A stretch of 64,000 bases of DNA from Octopus vulgaris (taxonomy: Eukaryota), in the NCBI GenBank assembly GCA_951406725.2, contig OX597814.1, positions 164,796,001-164,860,000 of the forward strand, given 5' to 3'. The notes below the pieces were generated by a model. That model ran no database searches and was not told the origin of the DNA. It worked only from the letters and a program-made list of their open reading frames with translations. The translations under genes and the position numbers were made by a program. Shown in pieces: positions 38,298 through 51,883 of the stretch (its first letter is position 1; every line of letters begins with the position of its first letter).

Positions 38298-38910
38298 CAT
38301 GTCTTAGAACCAGTAACTTGAGGTATGCTTGTATACATGTAAAAAAACCGCCCCTACAGATGATTGAAATAATTCATTACATACATATAAGATAAACATT
38401 ATAAAGCGAGCGAGTCATGTTTCACGAATTTATAGTATTTACTTGATATGTCAGTTTATACAGGATGATAAAATAGATAAAATAACTGCCTGTCATGGCT
38501 CGAAATTACTGCGTTTTAAGAGTTAATCTTATACTTTAAGCTACATTCTCCTCTTGTATCTAACTGCCGTGTTACTGCCAGACAAGAACTCTCCCAACCT
38601 TGGCAAATATTATATACACTCTGACTCGTGACAGTTTTATAAGCAGATGATGTGTGCTCTTAATTTAGGAAGGAAACTGGGTCCGTCTTCTCTAAAGAGT
38701 GGTCAAGAATTTACCTAAGGGACTATGAAACGTACCGTCAGGAGAAACTCGCCGTCGGTTTTTTAGCACAACAATAGTGTAGAAAGAATGTGCTTACATT
38801 CTTATTTAATTCACAGAGAGGTTTTATAATATTTTAATTTATAGACGTTCTCTTTATTTACACCGTGTTGTGCAAACACACTCTTACACACTTTCTCACA
38901 CATACATTCT

Positions 38911-38977
<67 letters not shown>

Positions 38978-39000
38978 ACATATATATACATATACATATA

Positions 39001-39160
39001 TACGACGGGCTTCTTTCAGTTTCCGTCTACCAAATCCACTCACAAGGCTTTGGTCGGCCCGAGATTATAGTAGAAGACACTTGCCTGAAGTGTCACGCAG
39101 TTGGACTGAACCGGGAACCATGTGGTTGGTAAACAAGCTACTTACCACACAGCCACTCCT
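39001..39160 (-). mobile_element. SINE family A, 5' half
   Basis: acgacgggcttctttcagtttccgtctaccaaatccactcacaaggc...cttaccacacagccactcc. Confidence 0.9.
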
Positions 39161-39163
39161 TTT

Positions 39164-39224
39164 GGGATCTGACAACACACCATAAAACTAAACCCTTTAT
39201 GGACAGGAAACCTAAGGTAATCCC
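39164..39224 (+). ncRNA. Hammerhead-like motif (CUGACAA core, probably decayed CUGACGA)
   Basis: gggau CUGACAA caca ccauaaa acuaaaccc uuuaugg acag GAAAC CU A AG GUA auccc; 5-bp helix I, 7-bp helix II, ACCU/AGGU helix III; tail runs into (TA)n at about 39311. Confidence 0.72.
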
Positions 39225-39305
39225 GTAAACTGGTTTTCCCCATCTTTAATACATACTTCTCTACATCTTTGAGTGTGCTTCTTTTTTCGCAGTTACGTTT
39301 TCTTA

Positions 39306-39419
<114 letters not shown>

Positions 39420-39541
39420 CTGTGTCTGTGTATGTATGTATTTATATATGGTGGTTAACATTGAACAAATGAGAAAGATGCGCTCTAATACATGCTTTTG
39501 GGGATATGGTATTTTTTATTGAAACAAGCTAAAAATTTATC

Positions 39542-39580
39542 TCGCACCTCGAGTTTCACACAACTGCAATCTTTAGGCGA
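39542..39580 (-). ncRNA. Degenerate hammerhead-like motif
   Basis: Minus strand: ucgc CUAAAGA uugc aguu gugu GAAAC UCGA GGU gcga, then AATAAA; two core lesions. Confidence 0.5.
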
Positions 39581-39628
39581 AACTGTTATGACTCGGTATA
39601 TATTGTGTATATACATATATGTGTGTAT

Positions 39629-39673
<45 letters not shown>

Positions 39674-41859
39674 GATGTATGTGAGTGGGTCTGGTGCTTG
39701 TGTTTGTTATTTTCTTGGTTTTCGTTTATACTGATTCACTGGAGGCGCGCACATTCACTCATTCACAGAGACAGTGATCAATGGAATGATTATGTTCCGT
39801 TGCAATAGTGATCACGGTTTTATTACTGATGCTCCTAAGATATTGCTATAATCAGCAAGTCGCTCCATGAAATATTTACCGTTAACAGATGGCAGAATAC
39901 CCCATTTCCTGTAATGTGAAAACCAGTGGTAGGAAGCTGAATTTTAAATTAGAACACACGTAGAGGAAGGATAAAATAAAAGACGGGATTGTCGTTGCTG
40001 GTATGCTTCAAGAATTACAATGATTTATTTTGGTTATCTTAACCGAGTCAACCGTTTGTGGTACGCGAAAACATTAGTTTTGGATTAACGTCAGCTACAG
40101 ACTTCAGGCTTTGCGCTTTCCTATTGATTTTAGCATTAATGCGCTGTGCAAATCAGAGTGCAAAATTACTTAGACTAAAGAACAGGTCTAAGTCTTTGTG
40201 TATTGTTCTTTTTTCTCTTGGAACAGACTTCATTTCAGGAAGAGTTATGGATCACTTCACATCAAGAGAGGTATGAAACCGTACGCGCCCTTCATTGAGC
40301 CATCTATATTGCCTCAACGAAGAGTAGTTTTTACCTCAGTTGGTCTAATTATCCGGTGTTTGGAAACCACTGGCAACACTGCCGATGTTAGATGTAGAGG
40401 GTACTAAACAAAAATGCTTGCTATCTGTGTTCAGCTATCTATGGACCAACATGACAGAAGTAAAAAAGCTTGTGGTTCTGTTGTTCCATCCCATATCAAA
40501 TTTATTTTTGTATACTAATTGTCGCCGTTCTTTTGGTTTGATCAAACCCTTTCCCAAAATATTTACCTCCTCCCTATCCAGTAGTAACAACTGCTTTACA
40601 ATTTGAATTAGATTATTGTACACGTATGATTTGTAGTTAAGAAATTGCTTCGCAAATATGTGGTATTGGGTTCAATCCAGCCTCACAGTATCTAGGGCAA
40701 GTTTCACCTTTTGTAGCCTCAACTCTACGAAATTTCGTAGACAGAGGGTCTGTAGTAGTCAGTCGCAGAGACTGAGAGGTAGACTTTGTGGCTAGTTTAG
40801 CATGTCTTTAACGGACTCTACTCTAAAGCAAACATTCAAAAAAGGCTTCTAGTTTGAAGATAAATTATTTTCAGCAATGCAAGGTCTTCGGAAAGGTCAT
40901 TGGTCGTGGCCTTTTTCTCTTACTACGGCATAAAAAAATCAGCTTTATTCATCTACGAATAATATATCATAGGGACTTTAAGGCTGGGCAAAAAGGCGTA
41001 TGGTTTTTATGTCACTTTCAATATAACGAACTGAAAGGTATTGGCGCCAATCGGCTCTGTGGAAAGGTATCTCTAATGCAAGGCGTCTCCCATATTTCGA
41101 ATGCATTCATAATGAAAGGCTGCAGCTCAGGGTGTGTCTTGAAATACAACGACAAAAACGTGAGAAATAGAAAGGTTCCAGCTCATTTGATGTAACATAA
41201 TAGTGTATAGAGGATACACAAAAAAACAAAAGATTTTAGGCGGTAGTTTATGTTTCTGTAATATAACATGTTATACATTTATGTAAAAATAACTTTTTAC
41301 AAAACTTAGAAATTTTTTTACATAAATTGTAAACGTGTGACAAAATGCAACCAGGCGTATTAAGCGCATAAATATAGGTAATCTAAACCACGATAAAGAC
41401 GTTTAGTTTTTACTCAGACTTGTAACTTTTAATTATATAAAAATATTCAATGATAGCCTGAGTAGATTACAACAAATAATTTCAGTTAAATTTCTGATTT
41501 ATAATATGGTATTTGCTACACACATTATCTGAAGAAACCTCTATGAAATTGTGGCTCACTTTATTTTATTTTAGGCGACAATTTGAAAATTGTTTACTCT
41601 TGATAGTTACACTAGGGACGCATAAATTAGTGTTGGGAACAACAAAAGTACTTATATATATATGGTGGCTGCCCCCTCGTTATCGAGTATGGCCATTGCA
41701 CAAAGTTTAATCGATGTTGTTATCGTGCAATGCCAGTGCAAGAAGATTTTTTTAAGTGAGGAAAGGCTGTGCACTGAGTCAATCCCACTCACTAAGCAAC
41801 AGCAGCCATAATCCGAAAAGAAGAACAAGTCAACATCATCGCTAACCACTGAGCCGCAG

Positions 41860-42188
41860 GTTTTATGTCGGAGTTATCCCAGTTACCTGAGTTACCTACT
41901 CCTAGAAGGATGCCCTAACAAAGGCTAGGAGTCCTTCACTCCCAATGGTTTAACCGCGTGATCGGGTATTCAGTCCGATTATTTCTATGTCTCCGCGCAT
42001 GATATAGCCTTAAGACATTTATTGGATAGCCGCCCTTTGACGAGTTTTGTTTTTCATCCTGCAGGGTGTCCAATACATACCCTCCTCACCAAACAAGCTT
42101 GGTGGGGTTGCCGGTTTAGTCGCCGACACCCGGCCATGCAACAGGTTGTACTGGGTTACATGTTACCAGTAGCACTTGAAAGTGACCT

Positions 42189-42190
<2 letters not shown>
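41860..42190 (-). mobile_element. Probable 5' end of an RTE-type LINE
   Basis: GC-richer segment containing ctcctagaaggatgccctaacaaaggctaggagtcc, resembling RTE 5' UTR motifs from memory; abuts (CA)n. Confidence 0.4.
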
Positions 42191-42245
<55 letters not shown>

Positions 42246-42535
42246 GATCATCATTGCAGTAGTTCCCAAAGCCGGTGTTCCAGTCTTTCTATGAACTACT
42301 GGAGAGTATATTATACTATACTAGTGTTATAGGCGAGCCTGTATCATTGTTTCAACTCAGATGCTTGATTAAAAAAAATGTTTCTCAATAAAGCATGAAT
42401 ACCAAAGTTCATCCCCTTTCTATACCTATCTGGAGAAGGCAACGTAAGCCTCTTCACCAATAATGCCTCTGTAATCTTAACCAGACATCAGTTCGACTTA
42501 CTATAGATGAAAGTATTTATTTTAAAATATAACTA

Positions 42536-42655
42536 CTGTCAATTTATTTAATAACAGAAGCTGGTGTTTGTAAGATTCATAAGTAACATAATTGCTGTCA
42601 ATATATTAATAACAGAAGCTGGTGTGTGTAACATTCTTAAGTAGCTTAATTGCTC
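42536..42655. repeat. About 60-bp tandem duplication
   Basis: ctgtcaat.tatt(t)aataacagaagctggtgt.tgtaa.attc.taagta.c.taattgct twice. Confidence 0.9.
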
Positions 42656-42858
42656 TTGGCTAACCTGATATAATTATTTATGAACATCTGGACAAGTTGA
42701 CTTTGTTACCATCTGTTAACACGAATGACACTGGAATATGTTGATAACTTCTGTTAACCTGGTAATATTGTCATTTGCGGTTAACATCTGTCAACTGAGT
42801 GATGCTATTGTATATAACTAACATATGGAAATTCTGTTCTGATTAAGCTATATTCTGT

Positions 42859-42896
<38 letters not shown>

Positions 42897-43249
42897 TAAA
42901 GCTAGTGGTGACAGTTGTCATTCATATACATTCGTATATCATAAAACTTGTCTTTTAAAGAAACTATCCACTTATAATTCATAAGTATGTGTTTAAAGAT
43001 AATCCTACTAATCTTATAAGTATTTGCCTTAGAATAGCAGTAGGTAAGCAGAATAATAATTGCGTCTTGATTTTGCAGCGTCACTTGTGCCATTTAACCA
43101 TTCCTAATGTGTCTGGAAACAATAGATGCCGTAGATTATTTAGAAATAATTGGCTGAGGTCTAGTTGGAAAATAGAGATCGTAAAAAAATGCATGATATG
43201 CATAACAAAAACAACATTGATAGTTTTCTTTGTTGAGTTTGTCAGAAGG

Positions 43250-43372
43250 CTAGAGGCTGTGACCAGAAGGCGAAGAGCTGGGACAAATAGCGAGAAACTG
43301 TACTGGATCAGACTGGACCAACCTATAACAGCATGGAAAAAAACGTACGTAAACTGATGATGATGATGATGA
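43250..43372 (+). mobile_element. Probable RTE-like LINE 3' terminus with (TGA)n tail
   Basis: gactggaccaacctataacagcatggaaaaaaacgtacgtaaac followed by (tga)n. Confidence 0.4.
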
Positions 43373-43691
43373 TCATCATCATCATCATCATCATGGTGGT
43401 GTTGGTGTTGATGTTGGTGGTGGTAGAATTTGCATAGACTTAGCGACGGAAATACCATAGAACCTGTTCACTGTAATTCATTTAAAGGGAACTTTCATCT
43501 CATGACGGCGACGTAAATGATTATAATTTTTCTAAGTTAGGCACAAGACCAGTAATTTTGAGGAAGGGGTTTTGAGGGGTGATGAGGATTTTGATAACCA
43601 TGGGGATCCCAAGCGACCACATTTCACCGAATTTACATCTGCATTGAAAACTTGCCCATATTGTTACCAAGAAGGTGATTATCATTATTTA

Positions 43692-44270
43692 AGGCGGCAA
43701 GCTGGTAGAAACGTTAGCACGCCGGGCGAAATGCTTAGCAGTATTTCGTCTGTCGTTCCGTTCTGAGTTCAAATTCCGCCGAGGTCGACTTTGCCTTTCA
43801 TCTTTCGGGGTCGATTAAATAAATATCAGTTACGCACTGGAGTCGATGTAATCGACTTAATCCGTTTGTCTGTACTTGTTTGTCCTCTCTGTGTTTAGCC
43901 CCTTGCTGGTAGGAAAGAAATAGGTATTTAGCCCGTCGCTACGTTCTGAGTTCAAATTCTGCCGAGGTCGACTTTGCCTTTGATCCTTTCGGGATCGATT
44001 AAATAAGTACCAGTTACGCCCTGGGGTCGATATAATCAGCTTAATCCGTTTGTCTGTCCTTCTTTGTCCTCTCTGTGTTTAGCCCCTTGTTGGTAGTAAA
44101 GAAATAGGTATTTCGCCCGTCGGTACGTTCTGAGTTCAAATTCTGTCGAGGTCAACTTTGATTTTCATCCTTTCGGGGTCAATAAGTTAAGTACTAGTGA
44201 AACACTGGGGTCCATGTAATCGACTAGTCCCTTCCTTCAAATTTCAGGCTTTGTGCCTATAGTAGAAAGG
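43692..44270 (+). mobile_element. SINE family B head-to-tail trimer
   Basis: One head, junctions gaaata|ggtattt at 43923 and 44107 (period 184); the third unit carries the older-type tail. Confidence 0.92.
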
Positions 44271-44529
44271 AATTATATGTTTAGCTTTTGCTTTGTACTT
44301 GCACTCACCCAGAGACCTCAAGAGACAACACGTTAGAAGTTCAAGTCGGTGTTATGACTAAGGTGCCGTATTGTTGATTTCGCACAGAGTATTATTCTAG
44401 AGAGTCAAAACATAAAAAGTTAAAAGTTTGTTCTAAAACTAATTTGATGCTAAGATGATAGTGTGATCTTAAAAAGATGGTAGAAGGCGTTTGCTATTAT
44501 GTACATGTAGAAGTAATTTTGGTGTATTA

Positions 44530-44704
44530 AAATGCTTTGCAGCATTTCTTCCAGCCTTATGCTGAGCTCAAATTCTATCAAAGTCGACTTTGCCTTTCGT
44601 CCTTTCGATGTCGATGAAATAAGTATCGATTGAGCACTAGGGTCGGTGTAATCGACTAAACCCTCCTGCCAAAATTTCAGGCCTTGTGCCTGTTGTAGAA
44701 AGGA
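44530..44704 (+). mobile_element. SINE family B, older copy, followed by (ATT)n
   Basis: gtcgactttgcctttcgtcctttcga...ggtcggtgtaatcgactaaaccctcc..caggccttgtgcc. Confidence 0.8.
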
Positions 44705-44715
44705 ACAGTAAAAAA

Positions 44716-44754
<39 letters not shown>

Positions 44755-44767
44755 GTTATTATTATTA

Positions 44768-44962
44768 CTTTTTTTTCTTCTTTCAAATTTGCTTCCATTT
44801 CTTGCCGAGTGTCTTCTCGACTCCTAGGGCAAAGAAACTCATAGTATACATTGGTAGGCCATTAAAGCAAACTCAGTAGTTCGTTCATTTTTTTTTTTTT
44901 TTTTAAAGTTAGATTAAAATACATGAGCAGCAACAGTTCTCACATCGACAATGCTCTTCTCA
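44768..44962 (-). mobile_element. 3' end of an R4/Dong-type non-LTR element between (ATT)n tracts
   Basis: Minus strand RRALSM* (cf. TAxILRRxL termini at 58100 and 59330), then UTR and (TAA)n. Confidence 0.5.
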
Positions 44963-45047
<85 letters not shown>

Positions 45048-45074
45048 GGTGGTGATGGTAGTAGTAGTAGTAGC

Positions 45075-45122
<48 letters not shown>
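44963..45122. repeat. (ATT)n(GTA)n(GTG)n compound trinucleotide repeat
   Basis: Direct reading. Confidence 0.97.
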
Positions 45123-46078
45123 CGCGGGGAGATTCGCTAGAACTTTAATCGGTACAGCTATGACAACACCTGGATACAAATCACTAACATTCAGCCAATT
45201 TTTCCAAATGCAATTCATTGCGATTAACAAAATCCATTAATATGAACTAAAAGAGTAGCCTTTCAGTAGTCGATTGATCTGATGGAAATAGCAGCTAAAC
45301 CTCCCTCAAAATACTTTACTGTATTTGATAATGTTGTCCAAGTTTCTTTCTACCTTAAAAACAAGAAAGGATGAGTACAGCTGAAATAACTTTGATCATT
45401 TAACTGCTCCAAGAAGGCTGACTAGGGCTAAACAACAAAACCAACAGAAGATAATTTGATAATTAATTCTGGATATATAGTATATCATCATATGTAAAAT
45501 ATTGCTTAAAGAAATTGTAAAATCAAATCTACTGCTTATATATATATATAATTAAGATAAGTTTCTTATTGGTAGACATAGACTGTTTTATCAACATCGA
45601 AATCGAAACGTAATTAATAGACTTGTGTTTACAATTTTCACCAATTCTGTTTGAAACGATAAAATCTTGTTTCTTTTGATAAGCACAGTTTATGATTTAT
45701 TGAATTCAAAGTTTTAATTGCGGAAATAGAAGTTCTAAAAGTTAGCTTACGTTTAGTTAATTGTATATTTACGTTCTTATTAATTAATCTAGAAGATGTC
45801 AGTAAATGAGATGTTAAATATTCTGTTTCCAGCTTGAAATTAATGATGCTGCCACACCGTAAACAGTCTTGTTAACTGGAACAGTTGTTAGCTATTAAAA
45901 AACTTGGAAAAGTTACATTTGTTATTCACATTCAGAGATATTGCCTCAGATGTCATTTCTTCAAACTCAACATGTTTAAAATTAAGACAACATACTCTAA
46001 GTTATAATTTCGGAAACTTTACACTAGCGCCTTTAATATTGGCTAAGTATAAATTATTATTAATATATTCCATGTGTA

Positions 46079-46260
46079 AGGTGTCAAGCTGGCAGAATCA
46101 TTAGCACACCTGGCAAAATGCTTTGCGGCATTTCGTCTGTCTTCACGTTCTGCTGCGGTCGACTTTGCCTTTCATCCTTTCGACGTCGATAAAATATGTG
46201 CCTGTTGAATACCTCCTACCTCTCTCTTGAAATTGCTGGCATTGTACCAAAATTCGAAGC
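46079..46260 (+). mobile_element. SINE family B, decayed
   Basis: agctggcagaatcattagcac...gtcgactttgcctttcatcctttcga. Similar decayed copies at about 3445-3550(-), 49283-49470, 50050-50230 and 56280-56350. Confidence 0.8.
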
Positions 46261-46977
46261 CAATATATTCAATATCGTTTTTAAAATTTCTACTTCCGAA
46301 ATCATTAATATAGCTGTTCTCTAATTATGATACTTGTTTAATGTAGCAGCCAGATGTCTTCCAACAAATTTTATACTGACGTAAAAATAAGATCACACTT
46401 TGTAAATCTTAAGTATTAGGACGATATCCAATAATAAAGATAGAATGACTTAGAATAGAATGAAAAACGAAACGATCAATCCACTACTTGTGCGTCAAAA
46501 ATAATCTTACATAATTTCGATTGAAACAATCCAGCAACAACAATGTCTGTTGGAGATATATCGTCACTACAAACAGAGTTGAATGTGCAATTTCTCTATA
46601 TTTTCTCAAGGATATTGAGTAGAACCTTATTTCATGGGTAATTTCCTATGAGGATATAGATACAAATATTGGAAATTGTAAGGTCACAGCGATACTCTAA
46701 CGTCGGATATCTGTCATTTGAAACAGTATTTCGATATGGATTTGTTTACGTAAAAGTTGTATTGAATATAGTATCATAATATGAATATGAGATCAAAGTG
46801 TAGCATGATGAACATGATACTTTAAAGTATCGCAACTAACGTTATAATACAGTCAATATATTACGGTGGTGTAATAGAAAATATCATAGTTGCTGATATA
46901 GTGACACATGGATAAAATGAAGATTACTGTAATAACGATATGCTTATATAAAATAAGCAAGACAATAAAATAAACAT

Positions 46978-47522
46978 AGGCGCATGCGTGACTGTGTGGT
47001 AAGAAGATTGCTTCCGAACCACATGGCTCCGGGTTCAGTCCCACTGCGTGGCACCTTGGGCCGACCAAAACCTTGTAAGTGGATTTAGTAGACGGAAGCA
47101 GAAAGAAACCCGTCGTGTGTGTGTATATATATATATATTCGCCATGATAGGTCGCTAGCCACTAGATACATTTTTCTCTCCTTGTTTCTCTCCTTGTCTC
47201 TTTCTGTGTTCCTTTCTGTGGAAGTGCGTAGGCTCGAAACGTTAAAGACTTTTTCAATTCTCGAGCGTTATACTAATACATCTGTTTGTTTTCTACACCA
47301 CCTGTCTCCCCTATATATATATATATATATATAAATATATATCATACCATCGATTGATAAGCGATGTTGGTGTGTTTAAGTCCCCATAACTTAGCGGTTC
47401 GGCAAAAGAGACCGATAAAATAAGTACCAGGCTTACAAAGAATAAGTCCTGGGGTCGATTTGATCGATTAAAGGCGGTACTTCAGCATGGCTACCGTGAA
47501 ATGACTGAAACAAGTAAAAGAA
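46978..47522 (+). mobile_element. SINE family A with a hammerhead-bearing element (47139-47311) nested in its internal (TA)n
   Basis: A head 46978-47115, TA, insert, TA, A tail 47350-47522. Confidence 0.88.
47212..47247 (+). ncRNA. Minimal hammerhead-like motif, same family as 4290-4325
   Basis: cuuu CUGUGGAA gugc GUAG gcuc GAAAC GUU aaag. Confidence 0.6.
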
Positions 47523-48787
47523 TATGGACATGGTACTGAAAGAGAATATATATCGGATTACATGGATTGGTTAATAGCAGGCATTAATACGAAAAAAACG
47601 GTCATTTTTTATGTTGCTGCTGCAGTGTGTAGGCAAAATAACTGTCACCGCTAAACTAATGCTTATAGTTAGCAAGAATCTCAACAAGATATAGACAACA
47701 CTAATAAATAAAATTAAATTAAAGCCAAAATTCTATTTTCATTTTTAAGAAAGAAAAAAATAGCCCTTTTCTCTTCTTTTAGACGTGATCAGAAATATGA
47801 AACGAAACAAAACACCATTTTCTTGATTTCCTCACTGGTTTAGACATTAAATATTTCATTAATGGTAGCTTTAAGATAACTTAACCGACAGGTTTACAAG
47901 TAACATACACACAAGATATACCACTGTTCTACATACGCTCGCTCACCATCTGGCAAGATGAGAACTTTTGACATGCATAACTTAAGATTAAGTGTTCAAG
48001 TGTTCGCGTGTTTTATAATAATTTTATTTTACTTTTGCATGCATTTTAATCATTGCTAGTTTATGGGTGAAGTTACATAAAGTTACAAAAGTATTTCCTT
48101 TCATCTAATGTTCTCAAAAGAGATTATATTTTGAATGGGACAGGGTTAATTCTAACATCTAACATTTCCGTTTGCAACAGAACTAATGGTTGCTATGATG
48201 TTTCTGAGAACATCGATCACACATGACAACCTTGTGTTAGGAGAGTGGACGGGTAGTGATTACGTATTATTGATCGTTGCCGTGGGAATCGATAGTATTG
48301 TTATTGTTGCTGAAGTTGTTCAGTGTTCCCATTTTTGCGAGCGTTTCTCAACCTCTCTTATATATATCTTTCATACCTTACATAACCAGTGTGGCTGCTA
48401 CATCACATCGTAATATTTATCAAATAACTATACGTAAGGTGCATCCATTCAAAGCAACTGCAACTAAACAAAATTAAACACTTGTTTAGTTTAATATATT
48501 TTTTCTTGATTAGATAGATGCAAACTGCCCGTCTTGTAAGTTTTTACTGAAGTGCGTTTCACCTAGTTTTCTAGCTCTGGCCATTTTGTCGTTATTCCAG
48601 GTTAGTCTGTTGTGTTTGGGGAGAGTCATTTTCTTTTTGTGCCTTATAATTTAACACACTCACGGGTAAAATTTCCACTTATACCTTATTTTTATTTTTC
48701 TAAAATGTTCGTTGCGCCTTGCAACCTTTTCAATAGTCTTGACTCTGTGCGTTATTTACACTGCGTTCCTTTTTGTTTGTTTGTGCG

Positions 48788-48828
<41 letters not shown>

Positions 48829-50503
48829 CTATTCATGCATGCATAGGCACACACAGAGCTTGTAAAATTAATTCAACTAATTGCAAAGATGTGTTGTCGC
48901 AACAAGTTTTCTGACTGGATGAAGAAGCACTTTCTTTACTATGTAAATCTCAATTTGTGTTTTAAATATAGTTTGGGGTTTGTAAATCTCAAAGTTTTTA
49001 AGTTCATGCCAGTGTTGTTTCTATCGTTTGTTTTTTTTTTTAATGTTTAATATTAATGAATTTAAATGTGGTGTTCTCGAGTAATTCAGCCACAAAGTTT
49101 CCTATTTTATTAACATCATTGGTTTTCCACCAACATTTCAATATTCTTCTCACCTACAGTTTCTTGTGTGCTGAAAGTGCACAAGGTGTTATTTTCATAA
49201 ACACGTTGGCTATTTCATATAATTCTCAGTATCAACTTGGATTTTACTGCCAGTTTCTGCAATTCCTAATTTTTTATTAGGAAGATGGTGAACTGGCAGA
49301 GAAGTAAGTTTTTCTTCCGGCTTTTTACGCACTGAGCTGAAATCTCGCTGAGGACCACTTTGACTTTTACCCTTTCGGAGTCAATAAAATATATTACCCG
49401 TCAAGTACAAGGGTCAATATCGACTTGTTCCCTTCCCTGAAAATTGCTGACCTGTGCCATAAATAGAAACAATTATTTTCTAGTATGGAATATATTCAAA
49501 TTTTTTTCTAAACATTTTCATGTCTTTGGTTCTTTTGCATCGGTGAGGCAAAAGTTCATTGGTTGCTGCAGTAGAAAAGAGTACAACATGTTAACAACTT
49601 ATCTAACCTCAGACAGGAGGCCTGATCCAACTACTAATAACTTGAAATCTCCGCTAGAAACCTCAAAAAACTAGAATGTGGTGTTAAATCGAACGACGGG
49701 TCAATTAATCCTCCTCCTAAGAACGGGTACAACCCATCAATACAGCTTTAATGTACTCAGCTGCACACACAACGCCTGAATGAAACCGAGGTATGGTTGA
49801 AGACATTTGCCGATAGATTGGTGGAGTCGGGAACCACGTCACTGTGAAGTGAGATTATTAACCACGCAGTCATGTTCTGTTTTATTGTTCTTTGTTACTA
49901 TTATTGTATTATAATAACACATATTCTGAAGATTGATGTGAAATTTACCTAAGGAAACTGCTTTAAAATTATTAATTAGGCCGTGTGCTAATTTCCATGA
50001 TCTCTTTGAATATAGTCGCCAATATTTACAGGGAGAGAAACAGGGCCACGTTGGGCAAAATACGGCATTTCCTCCGACTCTATGTTTTGAGTTCAAATTC
50101 CGCAGAGATCGATTTTGCTGTTCATCCTTTCGAGGTCGATAAAATAAGTGCCAGTAGACTATCGAGTTTGACGTAATCGTCTTGTACCCAACTCCACTAA
50201 ATTTGCTGGCCTTGTGTCAAAGTTTGAAAGTGTTATTTACAGAGACATTATAGTATTTGTTCTTTCACTGCTTTTAGTCGCGGAACTCTGACCATACTAG
50301 GGCAACTTTTCAATAGTATCGATTATTTCACCCTAGTACTTCACCGATACTAAATTCATCGACTTAAAAAATGAAAAGTATAATCATACTCAATAGGATT
50401 TGAATTCTTTTCACAATTTAGATTTTTTACAGATGGCAACATTACGCATTTTACAACAATGGCATTCCTTTTCATGTGGTTTATATTTATGTGCTCTAGT
50501 ATA

Positions 50504-50870
50504 TATTTCTTTACTGCCCACAAGGGGCTAAACATAGAGGGGACAAACAAGGACAGACAAACGGATTAAGCCGATTACATCGACCCCAGTGCGAAACTGG
50601 TAAGGATGAAAGGCAAAGTCGACCTCGGCGAAATTTGAACTCAGAACGTAACGACAGACGAAATACTTATTTCTTTATTACCCACAAGAGGCTAAACACA
50701 GAGGAGACAAACAAGGTCAGACAAACGGATTAAGTCGATTGCATCAACCCCAGGGCGCAACTGGTACTTAATTTATCGACCTCGAAAGGATGAAAGGCAA
50801 AGTCAACCTCGGCGGAATTTGAACTCAGAACGTAACGGCAGACGAAATACTGCTAAGTTCGATGCCTTCA
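50504..50870 (-). mobile_element. SINE family B dimer, 5'-truncated, with 16-bp TSD
   Basis: tatgtgctctagtata at 50488-50503 and 50871-50886; internal junction cgaaatact|tatttc at about 50667. Confidence 0.92.
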
Positions 50871-50981
50871 TATGTGCTCTAGTATAGTCGTCACCATATG
50901 CACTATAATCTTTTAAGCCTTACTCTGGCTTTTCTATTTATAACATCTGATATATTCTCGGAATATCCTCAGTATATTCTG

Positions 50982-51050
<69 letters not shown>

Positions 51051-51809
51051 TTACAGAATTTTTACACCCGTGATTTTCCATACTTTTTGTATTTATATGT
51101 TGCCCTAAAATCTTTCTACGTTTCACTGTAGCCTTTCAAAGCTGGACTATAAACTTCCTATACTGCACTATGCCTTTTTCTGTTTGCACACGGGATATAG
51201 TTTCGAAATATCCTCAGTACGTGTCTTGTGAAATTTTTACAAGCATGCTTGTTTGAATATTCCGTAGTTTTCTTTTTATAGTAAAGCTGGCATGTTCTCT
51301 ATCTTATGTATATATATATATATATTAGTGAAACATTTCTGCCTCTATCAGGTCGCTGACAACTTCCGCTTTCTTCTTACATATGCACCACATTTTGTAA
51401 CCTTTGTGCATCAGGTCCAAAGTACACATTCCTATATCTAATTCGGGAAGAACAAGAAGTTATTTTTTCCTTTGGTTCTATTTTCCATGTTTATTTCTGG
51501 AAAACGTGTGTTGTATGGGTGTTTCGTTCTGAGTACGTTACGAGTAGTTTTGTATATGTACACGCTTGTTTATATGAGACATAAAGGTTTCAATGTATAA
51601 CATCTGCATAAGGTACATGTATACTAGTGAAAGCTTAATAAAGTCTAAAAATAATACATCTATCACTAAAACAAGGATTTTTTTCTTATGCAGAGTCTTA
51701 TTTTTGCATCTTCTTTTGCCAGTTTAACATGATGTATCTGACTGTTTGCACCAAGCAGAGATAACAGACGACGTCAATCAGAATTTATCGTCATCATCAT
51801 CATCATCAG

Positions 51810-51883
<74 letters not shown>

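Noticed and set aside
40227-40270. Possible 44-nt exon (pyrimidine tract-AG ... GTATGA); similar micro-exon pattern at 33965-33983
   Set aside because: Splice-like signals only; no homology, neighbouring exons or transcript evidence.
42060-42190. Possible HDV-like ribozyme at the putative RTE 5' end
   Set aside because: Could not build the nested double pseudoknot by eye; needs a descriptor search.
43740-44270. Regular 184-bp repeats resembling a CRISPR or satellite array
   Set aside because: No unique spacers; units are SINE bodies in eukaryotic DNA.
49925-49950. CUGAAGA..GAAA (also at 41529)
   Set aside because: No helix II or helix I pairing.
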